Below, piece after piece: positions 14,064 to 24,835 of a stretch of DNA of 64,000 bases. Position numbers and translations under genes: made by a program. Numbering within the stretch: the first letter of the stretch is position 1; the number at the start of each line of letters is the position of its first letter. The stretch is from positions 258,633 to 322,632 of the forward strand of contig JAQGDQ010000256.1 of the NCBI GenBank assembly GCA_030141605.1, read 5' to 3'. A model generated the notes under the pieces. The model was given only the letters and a program-made list of their open reading frames with translations, did no database searches and was not told the DNA's origin. The DNA comes from Tubiluchus corallicola. Its lineage: Eukaryota > Animalia > Priapulida.

Positions 14064-14995
14064 TCAAACAAACTCTTTTGTTCCATAATAAATGAGTCTT
14101 GCCATCTGGCCGAATGTACTGCCCAGTGTTTTTATATTTTCTGGAGTGTATTCTTTGACTGGATCCCCAGCCCATTCTTTTCTGTGTCTATACATAAGGT
14201 GAACAGCATACCACTTGTTCTGCCAGTTGATGTTTTTGATAAATAAATCACCAATTAGTGCTATTGATGTGCCAAAAACATCGTTTGTTACCCAGTGAGC
14301 TGTGTATGGGTTTTTCTCCAGTATCTCGTTAACTGGAACTTCTCCAGCATTAAAGTACCACAGAGAATCAATAAAATTGTGATACGTGTCATAGTATTTT
14401 AGCAGAAAGGGAGCTTGCTTAGCACTGACTAGAATCTGATTTCCAATCACGTTTTCTTCCTTCTTTCTTGTCCACCCCACTGTGAAACTGTATCCCCTAA
14501 ACTCTTCAAAGGATCGTGCAACATAAACATCATTGTCAAAATACATCCCTCCATATTCAATCAGGATTTCTAGCCGTGCCACATCTGATGCATGTTCAAT
14601 GACATTTATGTTACGGCCGAATATTCTTCTTGGTTTTTCACGTGGAACAATTTCAATCGCTTCATTGTGACTTATCTGTTCCCAATACTTTCCAGTTGGT
14701 GGAATGTCACAGTGAATAAAAAGTTTTTCAGGTTTAATGTTCACCAATGCAGATTTGATGCACAACATTTCAACGAAAGTGACGTTCGGTTGCCCAAACC
14801 GAATAAAGTGAACAATGTTGGGCACAATATATCTTGGTTTCTCAGTGCTGAGTAACAATTTGCTGTCATTTTTCATGTTTTTTTCATTTGCATAGAAATA
14901 TCTTTTGCCATGCTGACTTAATTTTGCCAAGAAAAAGTAACACATAAACACACATATAGCTTCAACAAGAAGTATCTTAAAAATCCTGTTAGGAC
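14064..14995 (-). CDS. Glycosyltransferase family 32-like protein, copy 2 (tandem paralog of 8994-9911)
   Basis: Intact ORF, roughly three-quarters identical to copy 1 by eye (VPNIVHF, HASDVARLEILIEYGGMYFDNDV, WYFNAG). The frame is open from the acceptor ttttttcttcttgcag (exon start 14995): xGPNRIFKILLVEAICVFMCY... The first in-exon ATG is at 14945; the ORF-track start at 14951 is a GTG. Confidence 0.86.
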
Positions 14996-15452
14996 CTGCA
15001 AGAAGAAAAAAACATAAACATAAATTTATAGCTGACTGTCACACTTATCACAAACAGCTTGACAAACTTAGTCAACATGTCTCAGTTGTAATGCATTTTC
15101 ACTTTTGTTGTTGAGGTAAATCATTCTTTATTTGTAGTCAGCACTCTGTAGTATTTTTTTAAATACTTGGAAACCTAGCACACAATAAATTTGACCAAAA
15201 AATTGCTGCTATAAGGGACAGCGCTAATTGATCCAAACTTATAGGATATGTGTAGTTAATTATCTCCTGTTTGAATAGTGTCTATGTTAGATGCAGTGGA
15301 AAAATATGTGCATCCCTCTCTGAACATTTTGCATCTGTCTCCAAAACATTTAGGCAAAACCAGTCAAACTTGGCATATTGGTATTAATACCCGGTTGTTA
15401 AGGATTGTTAAGATAATACCCGGCTGTTACTTTGTTTGTGAAGGTTCTAAGG

Positions 15453-15952
15453 CCTGGGTTCCCAACCTAGGGGGTAATTACCCCACTGGGGGTAATTTGA
15501 CTCTTTCGGGGGGGGCATATAAGGAAAACGTTGCAAATTGGTCTAATATTGGAGATTTCAGCTTTTCCAGTCTTCCGATGGATCACTACTCAACGCCAAC
15601 TCGTGCAGGATCATTATCTCTATACCTGGGCTTGCTATCCCTATCATCCATACTCGCGTCCTTAGCAGCGCACGTTTGTTCGTCATCAGCCAGTATCGCT
15701 AGAGCGGTAAGCGAGGGCCATCGGCTGGAATACTATCAGCATATGCTTGACACTTCTACAGTATATCTTCTATGGATGTAACTAACTCAAACCACTCGCG
15801 CACTCACTTTTTTTAAATAAAATCACGTGTTCTAACGATTTTGCAAAACAGTGCGTATTCATTGATCAGATATATTTTCATAGGAGGGGACGTACGAGGT
15901 GGTTGCCTGAACTGGAAAGGGGTAATGGACACAAAAAGGTTGGGAACCAGGG
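15453..15952. mobile_element. hAT-type MITE, 500 bp
   Basis: TIRs cctgggttcccaacct / aggttgggaaccaggg (14 of 16 match) and a perfect 8-bp TSD ttctaagg at 15445-15452 and 15953-15960. Confidence 0.88.
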
Positions 15953-17769
15953 TTCTAAGGTTTTATATTAGGTACCAAAGGTTTGGTATTATATCTGCAA
16001 GATCACTGGAAAAAACCACTGCAGCTTATACTTGACCTTGATTTCTTTTTCATTCTTGAAATTAACTTTGACCTTGAAGATCGAAATGATTTTGATCTTG
16101 AAGATAGGAAATAGTTTTATTACTGCGTGCACACTTAGAAATGGGTGAATATTGCAGCGCATAGCTTTCCTTTTTCTTTTTTGTACATGCAATTTAATAC
16201 ACATTTACTGGTTATAAGGGGCTTCTGATAATTGTGATGATCGCAGGCAGTTTGTTATTACAAAGCAAGTATTTCATAACCTATTGTCTAAAAAAGACTC
16301 TGCATTGAGATGGCACAATTCACAGATAACAGAGTTTTGCCCGCTGCGGGTCGGGTAGTCAATTATTTGAGCAATACTTGTCGCTACGTTTAATAGTAAA
16401 TGATATCCTGTATTTTGTTTAACTTGACTAATGTGACTATATTAACCTATCTCCAAATTGAACTCAGTCTGGGTGGTCTAAAACGGTGCCATCAAAAGCA
16501 CAAACGTTATTAACAACATTTGCAACTATGTTTACATGAACCTCCGTTCGTGGTGTATTAGCAAAACAATATAACATTGGTAATAATGTATAGGTGCATG
16601 CGTGAGAAGAGGTCGAGTAATCGAAAAAGGTTGTTTTTTTGGTAAAAAAGGTAAGTACAAGTTGTTATCAGCTTTCGTCTCTTGTATTGATTGCAAATCT
16701 TGCCGGTCGCTGCTTTCTAGTTAGGTTTCTGGAATAAATCCTATATTGATTATGAGAGTAAGGCAGGGAAGCCTGGCTCTGCGCATATTCAGCAGTGGCA
16801 ATAGCAATCATACTGCCAAGATCCTAGCAACAAGCATCTGCAGAACCTTGTTTGCAAGATTGCAAATTACGATAATTATATTTTGTGTCTTGGGTGTAAT
16901 GTGTAACAACTAGAGTTATGATGTCGGACTTATAAGTAATATCCGCACGGTAACCAGCGATGTCGGGCCACTTTGCGAGGCTAATTGCTTGGAATAACGA
17001 GACACGGGTTTTCGATTTATATATGATACCTGCTTTAGTCAGCTAATAGCAGTCTGTTTAACAGGTAGGCTTTTGTCATATGGGGAGGGTCATAAACAAC
17101 TGCCTGTACTGGCGCAGTCTGGAAACTTCAGCTTGCTAACAGTGTCTGTCTGAGAAGATTAAAATACTAGTAGCTTGGACGATGACATTTATCCTGTAAC
17201 TTGTCTCGCTTTCTGTATTGTAGCAACCATTTCCGTATCCATTCGCGGTTCACTGCTTCATCAACGTTTGCGTGCTTAGTGAACGTCAAATTGTGGTCTT
17301 CGTGGAAGAACATTACAATTTTAGAAAGGTGATGTTAAAAACGATTTATAACGCATACAAACGAGTAACAAACCTAAAATCCGTCTCATTTAAGAGCTTT
17401 TACAGTTTAGTAACAGTCACAAGAAATGCTGACACTAAAGTTCTGGATCAGTTCTGGCGATTCTTTTCGTTCATTGTTTTATAACAATAGGTCTGCTGCA
17501 GCAATTGTTTCTTTGAAACATTCTCTTTTGACAGATAAGTCATTGTATTGCAATAAGTAGGCGTAGTATGATTTCATTTTCATTTCTGCCTATTTATGTA
17601 ATAGTTTATTGTTTATTGGACCTCTTGTGAGTACAGCTGTGATTCTGAGATTACCACCACACAAGGTGACAAGTAAGAAGTGACAGACCTGTAGTGAAAA
17701 TAGGAATAGTGGTTGATTTTATTTCGTAATCCCAGTTTTCAGGGATATCTTTTACTTTGATCTTATCTT

Positions 17770-17905
17770 TGATATCATGTGATATCGTATCGTATCATAT
17801 CATATCATATCATATCATATCATATCATATCATATCATATCATATCATATCATATATCATAACATATCATATCATATAATACCAATATTATAACATATCA
17901 TATCT
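17770..17905. repeat. (ATATC)n pentanucleotide microsatellite
   Basis: Direct reading: catat catat catat... with degenerate edges. Confidence 0.95.
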
Positions 17906-17908
17906 TAC

Positions 17909-17948
17909 CTTTGATACAGTCAGTAAAGTCTTTTGATCAACAGCTGCG
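17909..17948 (-). other. Probable 40-bp non-coding upstream exon of the GT32 locus
   Basis: The minus strand reads ttttatttttag|cgcagc...tcaaag|gtaaga, with a strong acceptor and donor. It has no ATG and has a TGA in the frame that would join the GT exons. Confidence 0.4.
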
Positions 17949-18602
17949 CTAAAAATAAAACTTCAAGTAAAGTGTGTGGCAGATTTTCCTAACTCCAGGT
18001 CGGAAGTTTACTAACTTCGTGCCACAAGACGCAAAAGAAATTCGGTGGTCAAATATTCATGGGTTTCTTTTAAAATACATAAAGCCTGAGATCAAAAATC
18101 TTTGACCAAACATAGTTTAAAGTTAAAAGCTGAATCTATTCTGTTTGCAAGGTAGATAATTACTGGCCAAATCTAGAGCTGCGACTTTGATAGGTGTCCT
18201 TTTCAGATTCGTTTTAAGTTTTTTTGTACTTGCAGTTTTGTGTTCACATACTAACTGACTGATTGACTCAGTTTTGTTCACCAACTGACTTACTTGAAAA
18301 GTTGCCTACTCTAACAGTTTTTTAAGTTGTAACTAACTTTGAATTACCTATTCAGGGCCACTAAAAATCTATCTTGAAAATCAGGTGCATGAAAATCTAT
18401 CCCATTAGTGTTCTTGTGCTGGTTATACGCGTCTAGGTCTTTTGACCTTGAATCATCCACTCAAGGTTGCCGACTACCACACTAATATTTGTCCCGATCT
18501 TATACAGCAGGTTACTAAATTACTTTAATTCTATAGCTCTACATTTGACATTGAACTATTCAATCAAGATCTTCCCGTGATCTGCCTAGAGGTGTTATAG
18601 CC

Positions 18603-19890
18603 GGTGCAGGGTAAGTTTGGTACAAGTAAATTTGGTACAGGTAAGTTTGGTATTAGCAGTTTTGGTACGAGGAAATTTTGGTACCGGGATAATTTGGTAC
18701 TAGGAAGTTTTGGTACGTGGTAATTTTGGTACTGGGAAAATTTGCTACTGAGTAAATATGTTACTGGTAAATATGGTAATAACGAAGTTTTTTCAGGCAT
18801 TTTTGGTGTAAGCAAATATAGTATAAGGTAAAAATGGTACGCAACAAGTTTGGTACTAATTAGGAAAGTTTAATACTCGGAAAGTTTGGTACTAGGAAAA
18901 TTTGTTACAAAGAAAATTTGGTACAAGGAAAGATTGGTACTATGAAAATATATTTTATATAACCTACTAGAACAAGTTATTGAGGCTCATATTATTGCAT
19001 TTATTTATATTTGTTTTTTGTTCGCATCCTCTTTGTTTGTAAGTCTGTTGTTTGTTATTTGTCATTGTTGCTGTTTGTTTGTTTCTTGCTCACTCTTTTG
19101 TTGCAATTATTACCACCACCACCACGTTATTACTGTTATTGTTACATTTGTCATTTTGCTGCCGTTGCTGTTGTTGTTGTTATGGTTGTTGCTGCTGTTA
19201 ATATTGTTAGCAGTGAGCATCATAATTATCATCATCAAGAAATACAGTTCTCACTCCATACTGTGGGCTTCGCAGGAAACCAAACTATGCTTATGCAGGA
19301 CGTTTCTGTCCAGTGATATCATTAGCCATCACTACCATGTTCTTATCTCAGTTTGATAATTTTTGTAAAAACACAGAGAAAGTGGTCATTTTTCTGAAAA
19401 AAACAAATTGACGGAGTTTTTGGAAGATTTGCACAGAGAGTTTGAGACCTTTCACTTTTTTCCTGAAAGAATTCTCAAATGTACCTTCATGGATGAGATA
19501 AAATTTCAGCTGCCATTCACTATTAATTACTATATAACATTTATAAACTTTTTAATAAATCAAACTTTCCTAGTACAATATTTCCTCCCTGCTGAAAAAC
19601 CACTTTATTTTCTAGTTGAAACAATTATTTTATACTGAGAAATAGAAATGCTGTATTTTTCGTTTAGTAGCAAATTTTCCTGTACCAAACTGTCCTACTA
19701 CCAAATTTTCCTCGTACCATATTTTCCTAGTACCAAGAATTCCTTGTACCTTAAAATGACAGTAACAAATTTACTTGTACCAAAATTACCGTGTACCAAA
19801 TTTTCCTAGTACCAAATTTTCCTGGTACCAAAATTTCCTCGTACCAAAATTACCTATACCAAACTTACTTGTACCAAATTTTCCTACATT
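18603..19890. mobile_element. Non-autonomous foldback DNA transposon, Mutator(MULE)-like
   Basis: The arms are built from 15-16 bp tandem units (consensus ~GGAAAATTTGGTACNN), at ~18605-18945 and in inverted orientation at ~19665-19890. The element is flanked by the perfect 10-bp direct repeat tgttatagcc (18593-18602 and 19891-19900); 9-10 bp TSDs are characteristic of Mutator. Confidence 0.8.
19010..19240. repeat. Degenerate (TTG/TTA)n low-complexity tract inside the foldback element
   Basis: ttgttgttg/ttattatc-like triplet runs; these explain ORFs 19011 and 19018. Confidence 0.75.
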
Positions 19891-20589
19891 TGTTATAGCC
19901 ACATTCAGGTGTATATACATCTCCCCTTTGCGCGAGAATGGAGAAAGAGGTATGGCAGGCGAAATAAACTAAAGCAATTTACCTAGCAGCTACCCAACCA
20001 TTTACTAGCCAGACCCAGTAATCTTGCAAATCACGAATTAATAACTGTCCAGTTATTGCTTTCACCAAGAGGACATTATTAAAGGTTTTCTTTAAAGTGG
20101 AGTGGATTTATAAATTTTATTACCTAACATAATCTTTAGCCCATACATTCCACTTAGAGGTCTATACTAGGTTAAAAGAGATTTTCAATCGCTAGCAGTG
20201 AAACAGATTGTGTCCGCCGCTCCCCTCCCCAAGAAAAAAGGCTACAACAGGAGGATCTTCTTACCGCCCGCCCCTTAACTACAGCTACCTCAGCTAGAGA
20301 GAATATTCTTCACTCTGACTGCGTGGGCCTTTATTGATAATTGTAAAACCCGTCATGACCAATCATGGCTAATTAAGTTGTTGCCTTAGCAGCTATTTAC
20401 ATTTTCTACTGGGCAGCAATCGATAAAGAGTCAATCGTAGGCGTGTCCATTACCAGAGGGAGATTTGTTTGGTGATTCGCAACTAAATTGATTCTTTAGC
20501 CTAATATTCAGGGCATTTTTTGTAAACGTGAGTAAATTATTTCGCGATAATCTTTTATTGTTGTTGAGCCTAAATGAGCTAGATTCACT

Positions 20590-21060
20590 TCCTGTACCCA
20601 ACCGGGCGGGAAAACATTGTGTTCCCAGAACATTCATGAACACCGAATGATTGTGTAGAACGTTTCTAGATGTTTCCTAAGTAACGTTTTTAACGAATTC
20701 AGAAGTTTACACAACAATTTTGACACATGTAAGGTTAGATTAATTTTGTGCATGTTATTCATTCCTGTATTTCGAGAGTTCAAGTTTCGTGTTTTTCTTT
20801 CGAACAAAATGATGTATTGAGTTTTTCTAAAACGGGCTTCTTTCTTAGATGGTCGAGCGGCATCAATCATCAGTGTTGAAGGTAAAATTGTTGTAGCTGC
20901 TGATATTCAATAATTTTGGCGGCGACTACGTGTGATCGTATTCACGTACCTATCGGGCTCAGTCGCTTGCGATTCAGTCGGCACTTTCCAGACGGCTATC
21001 TGTGTTGTGATTTTGTGCCGTACAATTGCCGGCGACAGTTCGAGTCGTCAACTATGGTAA
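20590..21060. promoter_or_regulatory. CpG-enriched putative divergent promoter / first-exon region between the GT32 locus (minus) and the CCDC142-like gene (plus)
   Basis: Local CpG enrichment in an otherwise CpG-poor window. E2F-like motifs occur as ggcgggaaaa (~20605) and ttttggcggc (~20914). There is a plus-strand donor atg|gtaact after 21056 and a minus-strand donor tag|gtacgt after 20950. Confidence 0.45.
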
Positions 21061-22380
21061 CTAATTGTACTGCGTATTTGGTGGTAAACGTAATCATTTT
21101 CATTAGTACATTTTCAAATGTAGAATTTTCATTACTCCACTTTAGTGTTTGCCAGTTGCCTAGATTTCAAACAATAGAAACACTAGTTTAAACAATCTAT
21201 AGTTTTATATTACAGACATTATCTAGACTCATACCAGTATGAGTTTAAAAATGATTTCGTTTTGCACCTAGATAATAGTTATTTAATTTGCTACGTTATG
21301 TTATGCACTGTCATCATTTGTGTCAAAATTCTAACAGTCACGTTTTCGGGGTGACTTCCTGCAGTATCTTACTTAAAAGTGCTTGGACTACTGCATCTAT
21401 GCCGCAGGTCGCACTGTTTTGAGCTTTCCTTTTCATTTCCATTCCCTGCAGAGAGTCTCCATTAATTCGTATTCGACGAAATTTTCGACGAATGTAAAAT
21501 ATGAGCCGCTTCGCTAGAAACTGCTTGTATGGACAAGTTTTATTAGCAATACACACGAGATCTCGCGTTTCATCGTGCTGAGAAATTGTCGAGCTACTCA
21601 ATTAATTTAGCTCGTATTTACATACCAAAAGCACAGTGTCCGGAAGCCATGTTCAAACAGCTGCAGACGAGAGGTTATCAACGTGGTCTGTTTGTTTGGG
21701 CTAATTTATATTATTTGCTCACATGGGACAAAATGTTATATATGGATATTGTATACAGTATAGTATCTATTTATCGTGGACTCGTCATGTGTGTTCTTGA
21801 CCAATATCCTGCGCATAATGCCGCCTTTCGCAAATCATCGAATTTAGCTTGGCATCTGTTTGCTATTACGGACTATCAAATAGAATATGATTGTTAAATT
21901 CTAGCTCCAGGCCATAAGAAAAAAAATTAAGGTAATTCTTTTAATGGCTTTTGGCTATCGTAAATGGCGTTAAAGTCTTTTGCATTGTGTTTAGTCAGAC
22001 ATTTGAGTAAAATCATTGACTTCATGGGTAAGTTGACGTTATTTACTAATAAATTCTGACAGTGACCTAGACACAGTAATTCATCTTGCGTACACTTCTC
22101 AAGCTGAAGACAGTTTGAAGCTGACGTGTAGCAATTTGTTGCAACGCTGATTATAACCATAGTGTGCATGAAATGGCTAACCGGAGTTAATCTAAACGAT
22201 AATTATTAGCTGCTGTGTGGTCTGAATTGACAGAACTTGTTAGCAATAATTGATATTATTGATGGCCTCGTCAGCTATCTATGCAAAAGGTTAGGCTAAG
22301 CCTATTGGTTGCCTATTCATTTGAAACGCCTGGATAATGGATCGAGATGCTATCACATGGCGGCGGTGGTGGCGGCGGCG

Positions 22381-22522
22381 ATGATGACGATGATGATGAT
22401 GATAATGACGACGACGACAACGATGATGATGATGATGATGAGGATGAGGATGATGATAATGATAATAATGACGATGACGATGATGGTGATGATAATGAAG
22501 AAAATGATGATGATGAATGATG
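22381..22522. repeat. (GAT)n-type imperfect trinucleotide microsatellite
   Basis: atgatgacgatgatgatgat...; it explains the poly-Met ORF at 22309-22575. Confidence 0.95.
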
Positions 22523-23089
22523 AGAACAGTAGCAGCTTTTGTAGTGATTACTGGTTGCAGTGCCTTTGTGTTTAGTTTGTATTTGACAGTAGTGTCCTAG
22601 ATCCAGTAGCTGAACTGGTCATCGTTTGCAGTAATAATGACTCAAGGTTGAAGGACTAATGAATCAAAGCCTTTTGCGTTGATTCAGATGTTTCCCTGCT
22701 TCCTTTTTGATACCACTGACTGATACTTCATTGACTGCTTTGCTGTGAAACTGTATTTCTTCAACAATATATAGGCGATCATATTGTCTAAACTTCACAA
22801 CTTCGCGGCCATTCTTTATTTTGGCTCGTTGATGGCAAATACTGTGCCAGCCTTGCCTTTGCTCTTTAGCTTTTTCATTTATAGTGTTTTGTTCCGTTGT
22901 CGTTCCTTTGACCAGTACTTGCACCAGTTATTTTTATAGGCCAGCAATTGTATGATTCTTGTTATATAAATGTATAGAAAACGTATAGTTGTATAGATGT
23001 CTCAGCAAACAAATTGCAAGTGGTATTACTGCTTTATCTCCGATTCTTAACTTGTTTGTTTATAGATTTTTCCCCTTTGCTGTTTCTAG

Positions 23090-23252
23090 GTCTGTAGTTG
23101 TATACTCTTCTTTCTGGGCATAAGGTTCCAGCAAACACAACATTTTCACTTAAGGACATGGCTCTCCCAATGTTATACACGGTTTAGTTTAGCTAGAGAT
23201 TTATGAGGCAGTGAAATAAATATATTGACGGTGGTTGGCTTCTGTTGCGGAG
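23090..23252 (+). other. Probable 5' UTR exon of the CCDC142-like gene
   Basis: Pyrimidine-rich acceptor (ttttcccctttgctgtttctag) and donor gag|gtgaga. It lies between the CpG-rich region and the ATG-bearing exon that starts at 26462. Confidence 0.4.
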
Positions 23253-24599
23253 GTGAGAGTAGGAGAAGTAGGTGAGAGTGTTGACTATGAATTGACATTA
23301 TTGCGAAAGTGTACTGTGCACATCTGAGCGAATATATTTGCGAAAATTATTGTTATTACAGCAATTTCTTGTCGTTTTATTATCATCTGAATATGGCTTC
23401 CTTGCTATTGATTAGTTATGTCTCGCACTTTCTGTCGTTTCCACCTGCTTGCTGCATTAAAGCGTTTTCTTCGACAATTCCATCTCACGTCAGAAATCCT
23501 TCCTTGATTATTCTGCTAAACTAATTGTTAAGAAATAGCGTGTTGACGCAACTGTAATTAGAACTGGCTATAAAAAATCGCTTACGCTACTTTTGTGGAT
23601 GAAGACTGGAAATTGAGGGACATTTCTAGGCACATTCAGTTTTATGGGGGTGGGGGTCAACACAGCTCTTGAGTTTTGGAGTTTTGTCGGAATTTTCAGA
23701 TTATGACCTACAATTTTATGTGATTTTTAGTTAAACCATAATTTTGTATGCTTCATCATGCGCTTTTTGGGTACGTATGTCGTGTCGTGTTGTAGCCAGA
23801 ATATGTACTTTGGTACCTTGGCCTCTGCGTTATCTTTTGCAGAGTACACCGCCATAGTGCCTTGTTGAAGTCCTAGTAAAACGTAACCTTTTGATATCTT
23901 ATATCCCGTCACTGTAATTCTCATTTGCTCCAACTGAATTGCTCCCCAACATGTGATACGTTTGCCATGGTAACGCGCAAGGAAAAGAATCTGATCTGCT
24001 AATGAATAATTTAGGCGGAAGATGATTGCTGTCTTATTCACCTGCGCGCAGCAATAGACGCGCAAGAATTTGTTTTAATAAATAATGGTGCTGTTGATAA
24101 GCGGGTAGATTATGTAAGTGCCTATTAAATTTTGTCTGCTTTGTCGACTAGTGGTAGGTAGGGAGTAGGGACGTATTGTACTTGAGTTCTGGGTAAATTT
24201 AGTCTTAGATATATGCTGTTTTTTATTTTTTGTTCATCTCCGTAACATAAAAAGTGCAAAAAAATGAGGAAGAAACTTCAAACACATTAATACGCATTAA
24301 TAACAATTCAAAATTCACTGATTCTATTTGAAAGAAAAGGTAGTGAACGCTTGGAAGTTTTTTGCCGACTTTCCTTGTCCAACATAGAGTAATGTCATTT
24401 TCTGGCAAAGAACGAATACATCGTCAAATTCAACTTACTGATGTTCATGGTCTTGGTACAGTAATAACGGTCTGCCATATATTCAAACATTCGATAGTAT
24501 TAAAAGATTCAGTAATATTCTTTGGTTGGATTTACGATTCTAAATCGTAGCCTGTATATGGAAAAGCCGTAGCAATATTAACTTGTTTAAGGGTCACCT

Positions 24600-24835
24600 C
24601 AAAGGTTTTTATCAAGAGTGTTTTTCTAATTAATTATCTTGTACTTTTTAATTTCGTGTTTTTGAGCTGCTTTTAAATTTTGACATATATTTTTTTCGGA
24701 TGTTTTTGGTATTAGCCTGAATGTTGTTTGCTAACTGTGCACCAATCAAGACCTTGTTGTAAACGAGCTTTGTTCAATCAAGTTATCCTGAATAAAAATA
24801 TTTTCTTCTTATCTTATTTCTTATCTTATCTTATA
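24600..24835 (+). mobile_element. Probable LINE 3' UTR/tail remnant
   Basis: A T-rich tract is followed by aataaa and a (TCTTA)n microsatellite tail, the typical end structure of CR1/L2-group elements. No coding remnant was seen. Confidence 0.4.

Noticed and set aside
15278-15781. 167-aa ORF
   Set aside because: It has a GTG start, runs across the boundary of a MITE and has no recognisable domain.
18605-19890. Regularly spaced GGTAC repeats as a CRISPR array, or ORFs 18564-18815 and 19775-19972 as repeat proteins
   Set aside because: The units are contiguous 15-16-mers with no unique spacers, are arranged as inverted arms with a TSD, and lie in eukaryotic DNA with no cas genes. The ORFs are by-products of the repeat.
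22309-22575. Poly-Met ORF
   Set aside because: It is a translation of a (GAT)n microsatellite, with no domain or splice support.
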